From: Candidatus Latescibacterota bacterium
GTDB taxonomy: Bacteria; Latescibacterota; UBA2968; UBA8231
DNA length: 64,000 nt
Direction of reading: 5' to 3'
Assembly: GCA_965217585.1 (NCBI GenBank)
Contig: OZ244561.1
Span: 2,144,001 to 2,208,000, forward strand
The position numbers and the translations under genes were made by a program. The first letter of the stretch is position 1; each line of letters begins with the position of its first letter. This document shows positions 48,964 to 58,402 of the stretch, one piece after another. The notes under the pieces were generated by a model, which made no database searches, was not told the origin of the DNA, and was given only the letters and a program-made list of their open reading frames with translations.

Positions 48964-50374
48964 CAGTTGGAACACCTCCGAGTAATCCTTTAACCCAAAG
49001 TTGGCCAACTTCCCCCATCATTATGTCGCTATCTGGAAATAGGTCTTGTAAGTTTTTAAATTTTGTACCCCCAACTGTGGTTCTACTTGCTACTAAAACT
49101 TCATCAGGTTTTACTCTTTCAAGCACTTGTTGCGAATGAGTTGTTATGACGACTTGCAGATGACGTTTTTCTATTACTTCTCGAATATGATCCATTAGGC
49201 TGTGTACAGCCCAAGGGTGTAAATTTTGTTCTGGTTCTTCAATGATCATAGTAGTATGAGGAGGATGGGTTTCGAGAGCTATTAAGATTGCAAGCGCTCT
49301 CAAACTTCCATCAGAAGACTCCCAAGATTCTATACCTCTGCCTACGATAGATTCGACAAACTCAACGTATTCCTTACCTGCACGGACCTGACTTGACTTC
49401 ATTGTTTCAATATGAGGTGCAATAGAACCAAAAGTATCGGTGATTCTTTCCCAATTATCTTGGAAGTCAGGCGATTTTAAATGTCTCAAAACCGATGGTA
49501 CATTGTCACCAGATGCAGATAATTGCGAAGGAGACCCTATTTTCTGTTCAATTCGAAGTTCATTTAACAATAAGTCATATCTACGAATAGCCTTCAACTC
49601 ATATAAGAATCCGTTAAATTGGTCACTGTGGTCTAAATATGTTCTTAAAGTAGGATTCAGAAATGAGTCATGAGGAGCTAGTTTCTTCTTTTTTTTCAAT
49701 TTATCTTCATGTAAATCATAGTTAATAATTGACTGAATAACTCGACTGAATTCATTTTTTGAATGGATTCTATCTTTCAGAAATCCAAATCCTAGCCATT
49801 CTAAAAAGTCAGGAATACTATCTTTGGTTATGGGCGGTATTGTTTGGAACTTCGTTATTCCTCCCTTACCTCTCTCAAGAATAAATGAGGATGGAAACGT
49901 TAAATTTTCTTTTGGTATAATACCGTTTTCATAATCCGAACTTGAGTGAAGGCGCTTTAATTCTTCGACCGCGAGCCCTTGATTTAAGGAAACCTTTTCA
50001 TTTGTAATCCTTATCGAATCTGATTGTCCTGCTCCCATTTCTATTAAATGGTTTGCGGTGATTGGTAGATAATCAGGGCCATCATAAAACGGAGGTGAAA
50101 ACATATTTACCGTGTATTGTAACGAAATTTTTCCCTGACGTAATCTTGATTTCGGTATGGCTTTAGGGATTAGCCCACTGAATCCTCCTTGACTGCTAAC
50201 AGCGTTGAGAATACCTCTTGAAGGAATCGCTGAGAGAAATTCAAGAGCTTTTACCAGGTTAGACTTCCCAGATCCATTCGCACCGACTAGCACAGTTAAG
50301 CGGTTAAATCTTACATGGTCGTCTATAATGCTTTTAAAATTCTGAATCGAGATATCCTGAATCATATTTAACAA
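48956..50374 (-). CDS. ABC/SMC-like AAA_21 ATPase
   Basis: Walker A GANGSGKS, signature SSDG, Walker B IIEEPE..LHP, TTHS H-loop. Confidence 0.9.
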   Translation of the reverse strand: MLNMIQDISIQNFKSIIDDHVRFNRLTVLVGANGSGKSNLVKALEFLSAIPSRGILNAVSSQGGFSGLIPKAIPKSRLRQGKISLQYTVNMFSPPFYDGPDYLPITANHLIEMGAGQSDSIRITNEKVSLNQGLAVEELKRLHSSSDYENGIIPKENLTFPSSFILERGKGGITKFQTIPPITKDSIPDFLEWLGFGFLKDRIHSKNEFSRVIQSIINYDLHEDKLKKKKKLAPHDSFLNPTLRTYLDHSDQFNGFLYELKAIRRYDLLLNELRIEQKIGSPSQLSASGDNVPSVLRHLKSPDFQDNWERITDTFGSIAPHIETMKSSQVRAGKEYVEFVESIVGRGIESWESSDGSLRALAILIALETHPPHTTMIIEEPEQNLHPWAVHSLMDHIREVIEKRHLQVVITTHSQQVLERVKPDEVLVASRTTVGGTKFKNLQDLFPDSDIMMGEVGQLWVKGLLGGVPTDV

Positions 50375-50399
50375 ACCTCTTGATAAAGGTTGATTGCAT

Positions 50400-50570
50400 T
50401 GCGGCTAACTACTGTATTCCCCACGTACATCGTCTAACCTACTCAAAGTAAGGGGTCAGGCGATGTACATCAAAGACTGATTTCTGGCCCATAGAATTCG
50501 CAACCCTTTATTCGTCAATGATCTTAAGGTTGTATTCGCATAACTATTTGTTCATCAATGACTTATAAAA
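50400..50570 (-). other. attI-like site at the head of the cassette array
   Basis: GTTAGCC core, second core GTTAGAC inside a hairpin, direct repeats TAAG.TCATTGA.GAA.AAA..GTT..GCGAAT, IHF-like CATCAATGACTTA. Confidence 0.5.
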
Positions 50571-50704
50571 ATAATCTAAGGCATTGATCACCAAGGTGAA
50601 CATTAGCCATCGTCTTTCTCCCCCTTTCTTTTAATTGCCAGCAAATCCGCAGTCACGTCACCGTCCGCACGCTAAGACCCAGCTCGACAGGGGGAACAAA
50701 CGCC

Positions 50705-51844
50705 CTATGTCGCCTTCTCCCCCTCCTGCCGCCGCCAAATCTCATACGGATTCTCCCGATTTGCCAGCGGCAAAGACACCCGCGTGCCCAAGCGCTGCGA
50801 CTCGTGTACCGCCATGATCATTTCCAACGCCGCTCGCCCGTCCTCGCCGCTGGAACAGGCCCGCACCGGGCGATCCTCCTCAATGGCTTGGATCAATTCG
50901 CGCACAATGATCAAATTGCTCTGGTGCGTGCGCTCGCCCGCCGAGTATTGTTCCCACTCGTCCAACAGCACCCGTTCCCAAGTGCCGTTTTCCTCGCCGG
51001 GGATCCACATGCCCTGGCGATAGATGTACATCTCGCCGTTGGGCGAATTGCGCAGGGCGATGATGCCCTCACTGCCGTGTGCCTCAAAACCGAACCAACG
51101 GCTATTGAACCCTTTTGGATAGCCCGGTTGCGATTCAAAATGAGCGGTCACCCCATTCGCAAAAACGTAGTACGCCGCCACCCCGTTGCCGGCGATCAAA
51201 CCGATGCGCTCGTCCCCTTCCCGCACATCGGCCAATGTCACCTCGCGCCCATCCTGCGTGACGTGCCCGTGAGCCCAAACCACCTCGGCCCCGGCGAAGT
51301 AGCGCATACTGTCCATCATGTGCGTGCCCAAGACCATCAGATCCTGAGACCCGGCCCGGTGGTCGGACTTGCCGTGGCTGCGCAGCACTTGTAGCTGGCC
51401 GATAGCGCCCTCGTCAACCAGCTTTTTGCCGTACTGCTCGTAGGGATTGGCGCGCCGGTGCGCCACTGCGGTCTTGACGCCGTGCTCCTGACAGGCCGCC
51501 AACAGGGCGTCGGCTTCGCGCAGAGAGGGTGTCAGCGGCTTCTCGATAAACACGCCGCGCACCCCGGCCTCGGCACAGGCGATGACCATGTCGGCGTGGC
51601 AGTCGGGCATCCGCGGACAGACGCTGACTATATCCAAGTCCTCCTCGGCGAGCATCTGGCGGTAATCGGCGTAGAGCCGCTGGGCACCCGTGCGCTCGCC
51701 GGCTGCGGCGCGGCCCTCGGGATCGGGGTCGGCCACAGCGACTAAATCCACTTGCTCCAAGTCCCGGTAAACGGTTGCCAGCCCGTGGCCGTAGTCGCCA
51801 GCACCCGTGCGCCCGATGACTCCGGCTTTGTAGCGCTTACTCAT
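50705..51844 (-). CDS. Gfo/Idh/MocA oxidoreductase
   Basis: GRTGAGDYGHG, FIEKP, GTHMMD. Confidence 0.88.
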   Translation of the reverse strand: MSKRYKAGVIGRTGAGDYGHGLATVYRDLEQVDLVAVADPDPEGRAAAGERTGAQRLYADYRQMLAEEDLDIVSVCPRMPDCHADMVIACAEAGVRGVFIEKPLTPSLREADALLAACQEHGVKTAVAHRRANPYEQYGKKLVDEGAIGQLQVLRSHGKSDHRAGSQDLMVLGTHMMDSMRYFAGAEVVWAHGHVTQDGREVTLADVREGDERIGLIAGNGVAAYYVFANGVTAHFESQPGYPKGFNSRWFGFEAHGSEGIIALRNSPNGEMYIYRQGMWIPGEENGTWERVLLDEWEQYSAGERTHQSNLIIVRELIQAIEEDRPVRACSSGEDGRAALEMIMAVHESQRLGTRVSLPLANRENPYEIWRRQEGEKAT

Positions 51845-51869
51845 AATTCACACTCCTTGTCGCTTAGTT

Positions 51870-52733
51870 TCATTGAACTACCAAGATTACGGCTAGCACG
51901 CCCACGCCCACGCCCAAAACGGCCGCCCGACTGAGCGGCTCTTTCCACAATAGCGGTGCCGTCACATTGTCCAAAATGACAACGCCGCAGCCCACCAGTG
52001 GGAAAAATACCGTGCCCGGTACGTGCTTGAGCGAGATCAGCACGGCCGTTAAGGCGAGCAGATTGTACACCCCGATACCAGCCCCCACCGCCAAATCAAA
52101 GCGCCGAATGCGCTGCCGCGCCTCCCATAACAACACGGTGGCACCAATGGTCCCGGCGGTAAAGCCGATGACCATGAGCACTTGTAAATACGCATCGTCC
52201 AAGCCGGCGTAATGCACCCAGCGCAGACAGGAGGTACTCATCCCCTGGATACTGAAAACCAATATCAGCAGCGCCGTGGCGATCCAGCGCGGAACATTGG
52301 TATGGTGGCCAGCGTGCCGCGACATCAACAAAACGGCCACCAACGCCAAGCCCAAGCCCAGTAGTTGAAGGCCGCCCAACGGCTCGTTCCACAGCAGTAC
52401 GCCCAGCCCCACCGGCACGACGATGGCGAGGCGGAAAGCGGTCAACACCGAAGCCACGCGAAAGGTCCGCAACAAGCGCGTCATCAACAGCATGGAGCTA
52501 ATGAAGACGATGCCGGTGATCGCGCCGACCTTTACCGCGGCGACCGGCACTTGCAATTGTCCGGTGAATCCCAGATAGAGCAGCAGAATGGAAGATAGAA
52601 CCCAATAGTTGGTCGATACCACGGTTGGGGCGTAGCACCGCTGTTGCGTGGCCCATTTGAACACCTGCCCAAAGCCGAATTCCATCAGCAGCGGCAGCAC
52701 TAACCAGAGGGGCGGTGCCCCTTCAATACTCAT
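51870..52733 (-). CDS. DMT/EamA-family transporter
   Basis: About ten TM helices in two repeats ending LWNEP / LWKEP. Confidence 0.8.
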   Translation of the reverse strand: MSIEGAPPLWLVLPLLMEFGFGQVFKWATQQRCYAPTVVSTNYWVLSSILLLYLGFTGQLQVPVAAVKVGAITGIVFISSMLLMTRLLRTFRVASVLTAFRLAIVVPVGLGVLLWNEPLGGLQLLGLGLALVAVLLMSRHAGHHTNVPRWIATALLILVFSIQGMSTSCLRWVHYAGLDDAYLQVLMVIGFTAGTIGATVLLWEARQRIRRFDLAVGAGIGVYNLLALTAVLISLKHVPGTVFFPLVGCGVVILDNVTAPLLWKEPLSRAAVLGVGVGVLAVILVVQ

Positions 52734-52892
52734 CCGCAGTCCCCTAAAAAATTGACATGCGCTCTACACCGGCTCCAAACTCCACGACCACCCCTTCACT
52801 GTCAAGCTACTCTCTTGCTGCTGGCGTCCATTGCCGTCCCCGACAAAAGTCTATTCTATTATATATATATAGCCGATGACAGGGAGCGAGCT

Positions 52893-53696
52893 ATGCAATT
52901 AGAACGACTACTTCTGCACCTAAAACTAGACGGCTGGTGCGTGGTCGAAGGCGTCATCCCAGCCGATCAAGTTGAGCACGTGCGCCACAGCGTCGAGGCC
53001 ACGGTCGCGGCGCACCGCAATCCCGCAGCTCCATCCGGCATTGGCCATCTGCCGGGCATGATCAACTTCGACCAGTCCTTTGCGCCTTTTCTCGCGGATG
53101 AAAATCTCCTCGCCTTGGTCGGCGCGATGCTGGGGCCGCATCCACGCATCTCCTTCACCACCGGCACGATCAATCACCCGGGCAACGAGCGCGGCGGCTG
53201 GCACGCCGATTGGCCCTTTAACCAGAACAACGCCGGCCATATCCCCGCGCCGTATCCCGACGCGACGGTCCACTTGACTACCTTGTGGATGCTGGCACCT
53301 TTCACCGAGGAAAACGGCGGCACCCTCCTAGTCCCCGGCAGCCACCGGTCTCCGAACAACCCCACCGGCGACAATGGCGTCGATCCGCAGGCCCCTTATC
53401 CCACGGAAGTAAACGCCTGCGGCCCAGCCGGTAGCGTGCTCGTGCTCGACAGCCGCCTGTGGCACGCGACAGCCCCCAACCGCTCGCGCCAACCCCGCAC
53501 CTCTGTAGTCGTGCGCTACGCCCCTTGGTGGCTCAATGTTGAGGTCTTGCGCCCCGGCTCGGACGAGCGCCGCCGCCTGTCAGAGGAGACCGGCATCAAG
53601 GAAAACGCCGTGCCGTCGCTACCGGCCGACGTTTTCGCCGAACTGCCCGCCCCGGTCCAGCCCTTGTTTCGTCATTGGGTCGCTCGGCCCGAATAG
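52893..53696 (+). CDS. Phytanoyl-CoA dioxygenase family
   Basis: WHADWP, NGGT..VPGSH, LWH. Confidence 0.9.
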   Translation: MQLERLLLHLKLDGWCVVEGVIPADQVEHVRHSVEATVAAHRNPAAPSGIGHLPGMINFDQSFAPFLADENLLALVGAMLGPHPRISFTTGTINHPGNERGGWHADWPFNQNNAGHIPAPYPDATVHLTTLWMLAPFTEENGGTLLVPGSHRSPNNPTGDNGVDPQAPYPTEVNACGPAGSVLVLDSRLWHATAPNRSRQPRTSVVVRYAPWWLNVEVLRPGSDERRRLSEETGIKENAVPSLPADVFAELPAPVQPLFRHWVARPE

Positions 53697-53728
53697 GTTC
53701 CGCACCGATTTCGTTTCTCATTGCGTCC

Positions 53729-53760
53729 GTAGGGGCACCCCTCGTGGGTGCCCTTTTTTT
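53729..53760 (+). terminator. GTAG-type REP-like hairpin followed by T7 (intrinsic terminator)
   Basis: GTAGGGGCACCCCTCGTGGGTGCCC-TTTTTTT. Confidence 0.7.
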
Positions 53761-53783
53761 ATGCCCTCCCCATTCCGAACGAC

Positions 53784-53820
53784 TGTCCGAAAATGAACAG
53801 TGAGTGTTCAAAAGCGGACG
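53784..53820. promoter_or_regulatory. Paired palindromic enhancer sites (bEBP/NtrC-type UAS)
   Basis: TGTCCGAAAATGAACA-gtgag-TGTTCAAAAGCGGACG upstream of a -24/-12 promoter. Confidence 0.55.
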
Positions 53821-53873
53821 AAAACGTCCTGTCCCGAAAAATATAACTTTAGTAAAAACAACTATTTGTCACT

Positions 53874-53890
53874 TTGGCACGGAATTTGTT
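53874..53890 (+). promoter_or_regulatory. sigma54 -24/-12 promoter
   Basis: TTGGCACGGAATTTGTT (TGGCAC-N5-TTGT), preceded by AT-rich IHF-like AAACAACTATTTG. Confidence 0.65.
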
Positions 53891-53912
53891 TAGGTAATAG
53901 CCAAGCGGAGGT

Positions 53913-55181
53913 ATGAACCCCATGGATACAATGGACCGCCCAATAGATCCCACCTTCCTGCGACGCCAGCGCGGCAAACGCATCGCCTATTCAGTGGCGG
54001 GACTGGCTGCGCTCCTCTGGCTCTCGGTTTGGTTGCCCAGTTGGATCAGGCCGGCGCTGGACCCCGACCGCATTCGCACCGCGCAGGTGCAATGGGGTGC
54101 GGTGGAAGAGACGATTACCGCTTCGGGCACGGTGGTACCCCAATTCGAGCAGATCATCTTTAGCCCCATCAATACGCGGCTGGTGCGCATCCTGCAAAAG
54201 CCAGGGGCCATGCTGCAGCAGGGACAGCCCATCGTCGAACTGGACTTGAACGCAGCGCGGCTCGACGTCGAGAAACGGGCCGAAGAACTGGCCCTCAAGC
54301 AGAATCGCCGCACCCAACTCGAATTGGACGAACGCAAGAAGCTGAGCGACCTAGACACGCGCTGGCGGTTGAAAGACTTGGAATTTCAGCGGTTTAAGAC
54401 TCGCACCGCGCAGCTCCGCGAGTTACAGGGTTTTGGCGCAATCTCCCAAGAAGAGCTGAGCCAAGCGCACCTGCAATCTCAGCGCGCTGAGATTGAATTG
54501 CAGCAACTCGAAGCAGACCGCCGCAACCTCGTCGAATCCACTCAGGCCCAGTTGGAAGCCCTGCAATTGGAAATGAATATCCTCAAGCGCGAGGTCGAGG
54601 AGGCCCGCCGTCGCTTGGAGCGCGCCCACATCCGGGCCGACAGAGACGGCGTGCTCACCGCGATTGCGCCGGAAGTCGGCGCTTCCATCAGCCAGGGCCA
54701 GGAGATCGCCCGCATCGCCGACCTCAGCTCGTTCCGCGTCGATGTCACTGTTTCCGATATCCACGCTCGCCGGCTCCAGACCGGGCTGTGGGTGCGCCTG
54801 CGCATTAATGAGGAAGAATACGTAAAGGGGCACATCGCCCGCATCTTGCCCACGGTCGAAGGTGGGATCATCCAACTCGAAGTCGAGCTAGAAGATTCAG
54901 CGCACGCGCTGCTGCGGCCCAACCAGCGGGTGGACGCCTATATCGTCACCGCGCGCAAGGACCGCGCCCTGCGCCTCAAGCGGGGGCCGTTCATCAGCGG
55001 GCGGGAGGGCCTGCACGAGGTCTTTGTGGTGCGCGGCCAAACCGCAGTGAAAACCGAGGTGCGCATCGGCATTGCCAATTTCGAGTACTACGAGGTGGAG
55101 GAGGGATTGTTAGAGGGAGACGAGGTGATCATCTCGGATGTGAAAGACTACCTGCACTTGGACGAAGTCCAGATCAAATAA
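53913..55181 (+). CDS. Periplasmic adaptor (MacA/HlyD-like)
   Basis: N-terminal TM, coiled-coil hairpin, GLLEGDEVI end. Confidence 0.9.
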   Translation: MNPMDTMDRPIDPTFLRRQRGKRIAYSVAGLAALLWLSVWLPSWIRPALDPDRIRTAQVQWGAVEETITASGTVVPQFEQIIFSPINTRLVRILQKPGAMLQQGQPIVELDLNAARLDVEKRAEELALKQNRRTQLELDERKKLSDLDTRWRLKDLEFQRFKTRTAQLRELQGFGAISQEELSQAHLQSQRAEIELQQLEADRRNLVESTQAQLEALQLEMNILKREVEEARRRLERAHIRADRDGVLTAIAPEVGASISQGQEIARIADLSSFRVDVTVSDIHARRLQTGLWVRLRINEEEYVKGHIARILPTVEGGIIQLEVELEDSAHALLRPNQRVDAYIVTARKDRALRLKRGPFISGREGLHEVFVVRGQTAVKTEVRIGIANFEYYEVEEGLLEGDEVIISDVKDYLHLDEVQIK

Positions 55182-55192
55182 AGGAGACTGCC

Positions 55193-55858
55193 ATGATTAA
55201 ACTCGAAAGCATCGAAAAGGTGTACCGCACCGAGCAAGTTGAGACCCTGGCCTTGAGCAATATCAACTTCGCCGTTGACGAGGGGGAGTTCATCTCGGTG
55301 ATGGGGCCGTCCGGCTCGGGCAAGAGCACACTGCTCAACGTCATCGGCCTGCTCGACGAGCCTTCCGCTGGCGACCTGAGCCTGAACGGACGTCACGTCA
55401 ATTCCTACGCCGACCGCTACTTGGCGCGCATCCGCAACGAGGAGGTCGGCTTCATCTTCCAGAGTTTCCACCTGATCGCCGATTTGAACGTGGTCGATAA
55501 CGTGGAGATCCCCCTGCTCTATCGCCGCGGGCTGTCGGGCAAGGAGCGGCGCACGATGGCGCTGAAGGCGCTGGATCGGGTGGGGCTGAGTTCGCGGGTG
55601 AAGCACTTTCCGTCGCAACTGTCGGGCGGGCAGCAGCAGCGCGTGGCCGTGGCCCGGGCCATTGTCGCGCAGCCGCACATCCTGCTGGCCGACGAGCCGA
55701 CGGGCAATTTGGACAGCCAGATGGGCGACGAAATCATGGGTATCATGCACCAGCTCAACGAAGAGGGCACCACCATCGTCATGGTGACGCACGACCAGCG
55801 CTTGGCCGACCGCACCGGACGCACGGTGCGGCTCTTCGACGGGCGTCAGGTCCAGTGA
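55193..55858 (+). CDS. ABC ATP-binding protein (MacB/LolD-like)
   Basis: GPSGSGKS, LSGGQQQR, ADEPTGNLD. Confidence 0.95.
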   Translation: MIKLESIEKVYRTEQVETLALSNINFAVDEGEFISVMGPSGSGKSTLLNVIGLLDEPSAGDLSLNGRHVNSYADRYLARIRNEEVGFIFQSFHLIADLNVVDNVEIPLLYRRGLSGKERRTMALKALDRVGLSSRVKHFPSQLSGGQQQRVAVARAIVAQPHILLADEPTGNLDSQMGDEIMGIMHQLNEEGTTIVMVTHDQRLADRTGRTVRLFDGRQVQ

Positions 55859-55865
55859 GGGCGAG

Positions 55866-57161
55866 ATGCTGAAGAATTACATCAAAATCGCCCTCAAGGT
55901 CTTTTGGCGGCACAAGTTTTTCACCGCCGTCAATCTGTTCGGGATCTGTTTTACGCTGGTGGTGCTGATGGTGGCGACGGGCTTCATTGACCAGCAAGTG
56001 GGGCCCATCCCGCCTGAAGTCCACGCCGACCGCACCCTGCACCTGAACTGGCTATTCGTGAAGTATGCTTCAACCGAGGGGCCGCTCATAGGGATCTCCA
56101 AGCCCAGTTATGCCTTTTTGGACCGCTATGTGCGCCCATTGGAAACCGCAGAAAATGTGACCGTGTTCTCTGATGTCGATTACCGAGGCTTGCACGGCGG
56201 TGCGGAGGAGGGCTCTGTGGGGGTGATAATGACCGATGAGGCGTATTGGGAGGTCTTTCGCTTCAATTTTAGTCAGGGTCGCCCCTATAACGTCTCGGAA
56301 GTGGAATCCGGCGATTTCGTCGCTGTGGTCAGCGCTGGCTTCAGCAAACGCTTCTTCGGCTCGGAGGAGGTCGTAGGCAAGAACGTGCCTATTGACGGGC
56401 AGAGTTACCGTATTGTCGGCGTGGTGGGTGATGCTCCCGGTATGCGAAGGAGAACCAACGCCGATGTCTGGGCTCCAGCGACCACCGCTCCTTCTGAGGA
56501 GTGGCGCACCTACAAATTCCGGGGAAACTTCAATGCGGCGGTATTAGCGCGGCGGTCGGCGGATATGGAGCGCATACGGGAGGAATTCGCCACCGTGCTG
56601 GAACAGGTGGAACCTCCGCCCGATATGCGCCTCCCCCCCGAGAGAGTATCCGCTCCGCTGCTCACTACGTTGGAGGCTTGGGCGCGCGAGAATAAACCGG
56701 ATTGGACCGAAGACTATAAAGCAGGTGAGGATTCTCAGCAGGCCGCTACGGCCCGGCTGCGGTTGTGGCTGCTAACCTTGGGCAGCTACATGCTGCTGTT
56801 CATGCTGCTGCCGGCGCTCCACCTCGTCAATCTCAATATCGGCCGCATTGAGGAGCGCAATTCTGAGATCGGCGTACGGAAGTCCTTCGGCGCTTCGGCT
56901 AGCACCTTGGTGGGACAATTCGTGGCGGAAAATGTGCTGCTCACCTTGGTGGGCGCAGCGCTCAGTCTGCCGCTCAGTTGGGGAATACTAGGGCTGGTTT
57001 CGATGGGTGGCGTGGCTTACATGGATGTCGGGGTATTGATCCGCACCTTCGTCTATGGAGTATTGATCGCCGTGTTCTTCGGCGTGGTGTCCGGGGCGTA
57101 TCCGGCTTGGAAAATGGCGCGTCTGCACCCCGTCAAGGCGTTGACTGGGAGGGAGAAATGA
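55866..57161 (+). CDS. MacB/FtsX-like ABC permease
   Basis: MLKNYIKIALK, EIGVRKSFGA, YPAW. Confidence 0.9.
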   Translation: MLKNYIKIALKVFWRHKFFTAVNLFGICFTLVVLMVATGFIDQQVGPIPPEVHADRTLHLNWLFVKYASTEGPLIGISKPSYAFLDRYVRPLETAENVTVFSDVDYRGLHGGAEEGSVGVIMTDEAYWEVFRFNFSQGRPYNVSEVESGDFVAVVSAGFSKRFFGSEEVVGKNVPIDGQSYRIVGVVGDAPGMRRRTNADVWAPATTAPSEEWRTYKFRGNFNAAVLARRSADMERIREEFATVLEQVEPPPDMRLPPERVSAPLLTTLEAWARENKPDWTEDYKAGEDSQQAATARLRLWLLTLGSYMLLFMLLPALHLVNLNIGRIEERNSEIGVRKSFGASASTLVGQFVAENVLLTLVGAALSLPLSWGILGLVSMGGVAYMDVGVLIRTFVYGVLIAVFFGVVSGAYPAWKMARLHPVKALTGREK

Positions 57162-58381
57162 TTGCTCATCTGTGTCGCTTGGCGTGGAATCGACGGCGGA
57201 CCAATCTGTTGCTCGTCGGCGAACTCCTCTTGGTGTTCTTGGTATTGACCCCCTTAATCGCTGGCTGGGTATTGTTCTTCACGGAAAAGTTGAGGCCGCT
57301 GGGATTCGAGTACGAGGACGTGTGGTCCGTCCGTTTGTCGGATAGGGATTATGGAGAACGGGCCCAAGGAGATTACCAGCGCAATATCGAGCTGGTGTGG
57401 CGAGAGCTACAGGCGCTCGACCAAGTCGAGGCGGTGACCCTAGCTAGCGAAGCACCGTTCCGCTTTCCAAGTTCATGGAACGGGATCACTTCCGTCCACA
57501 TCTCGGACGTAGGCTTGGATGTCTTGGGGCTGCGACTACTCAGTGGGCGCTGGTTCGAGTCCGAGGACGAGGCATTGGGCTGGACGCCGGCCGTCATTGA
57601 CCGGGAGTTGAGTCAGGTGCTGTTCGGCGACGAAGACCCGGTGGGTAAGGCAATCGGGGACTCACCCGCCATTGGTCTGCAAGGTGGGTACCATTCCCCT
57701 AGCCCCGACCGCGTCCGCGTGGTAGGCGTCGTGGAGAACTGTTTCTACTACGGAGCTTACGAGAGAGCCGATATGCCGGGTTTTATCTTCCTGCGGATTT
57801 CCCAGGAGTGGGTCGCCCATCCGCTACAGAGTTGGGTCAGTTTTCTCGTAAGGACTGCTCCGGGAGCGGGACTGGCGGTCGGCGAGACGTTCAGATCCCG
57901 GATCCAAGCGGTCGTCCCGGCAGACGAGTCCATAGCTCTCTCGGTGGAGTCCCTAGCGGAACGCTGGGAGGATGATCGTCTGGGCCGACTCCAGCTACTG
58001 AGGTTTGTCGCCCTGCTCAGTGGCCTGATGATGCTCATGGTGGCGCTGGGGCTGATCGGTATGATGTGGCAGAACGTGCGCCGGCGTACCCGCGAGATCG
58101 GCATCCGGCGGGCGGTCGGAGCACCCGGCGGGCGGATCTACGGCCAGTTCTTGGGCGAATTAGCGGTGCTGGTGACGTTGGCCATTGCGCTGGGCTGTGT
58201 GCCGATTGTCCAGTTCGGACTGTTGGATATGGTGTTGTGGAGCCGAGTGCCGGCCTATGTAGTCGCCAGCAGTCTCGGGACGACGGCGTTCGTGCTCTAT
58301 CTGCTGGTGCTGCTGTGCGGTCTTTATCCGAGTTGGCTGGCAACCAAAGTGCGGCCAGTCGAGGCCCTACACCACGACTAA
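57158..58381 (+). CDS. MacB/FtsX-like ABC permease
   Basis: EIGIRRAVGA, PVEALHHD. Confidence 0.9.
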   Translation: MIAHLCRLAWNRRRTNLLLVGELLLVFLVLTPLIAGWVLFFTEKLRPLGFEYEDVWSVRLSDRDYGERAQGDYQRNIELVWRELQALDQVEAVTLASEAPFRFPSSWNGITSVHISDVGLDVLGLRLLSGRWFESEDEALGWTPAVIDRELSQVLFGDEDPVGKAIGDSPAIGLQGGYHSPSPDRVRVVGVVENCFYYGAYERADMPGFIFLRISQEWVAHPLQSWVSFLVRTAPGAGLAVGETFRSRIQAVVPADESIALSVESLAERWEDDRLGRLQLLRFVALLSGLMMLMVALGLIGMMWQNVRRRTREIGIRRAVGAPGGRIYGQFLGELAVLVTLAIALGCVPIVQFGLLDMVLWSRVPAYVVASSLGTTAFVLYLLVLLCGLYPSWLATKVRPVEALHHD

Positions 58382-58402
58382 TTCTATCTATGGGAGGCGA
58401 TC

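Noticed and set aside
50570-50705. Integron integrase next to the attI-like site
   Set aside because: No tyrosine recombinase ORF or fragment is recognisable; only a short unrelated ORF stub and then a Gfo/Idh/MocA gene.
52858-52871. (TA)n tract upstream of PhyH as a phase-variation switch
   Set aside because: Only about six units, and no evidence of length variation from a single sequence.
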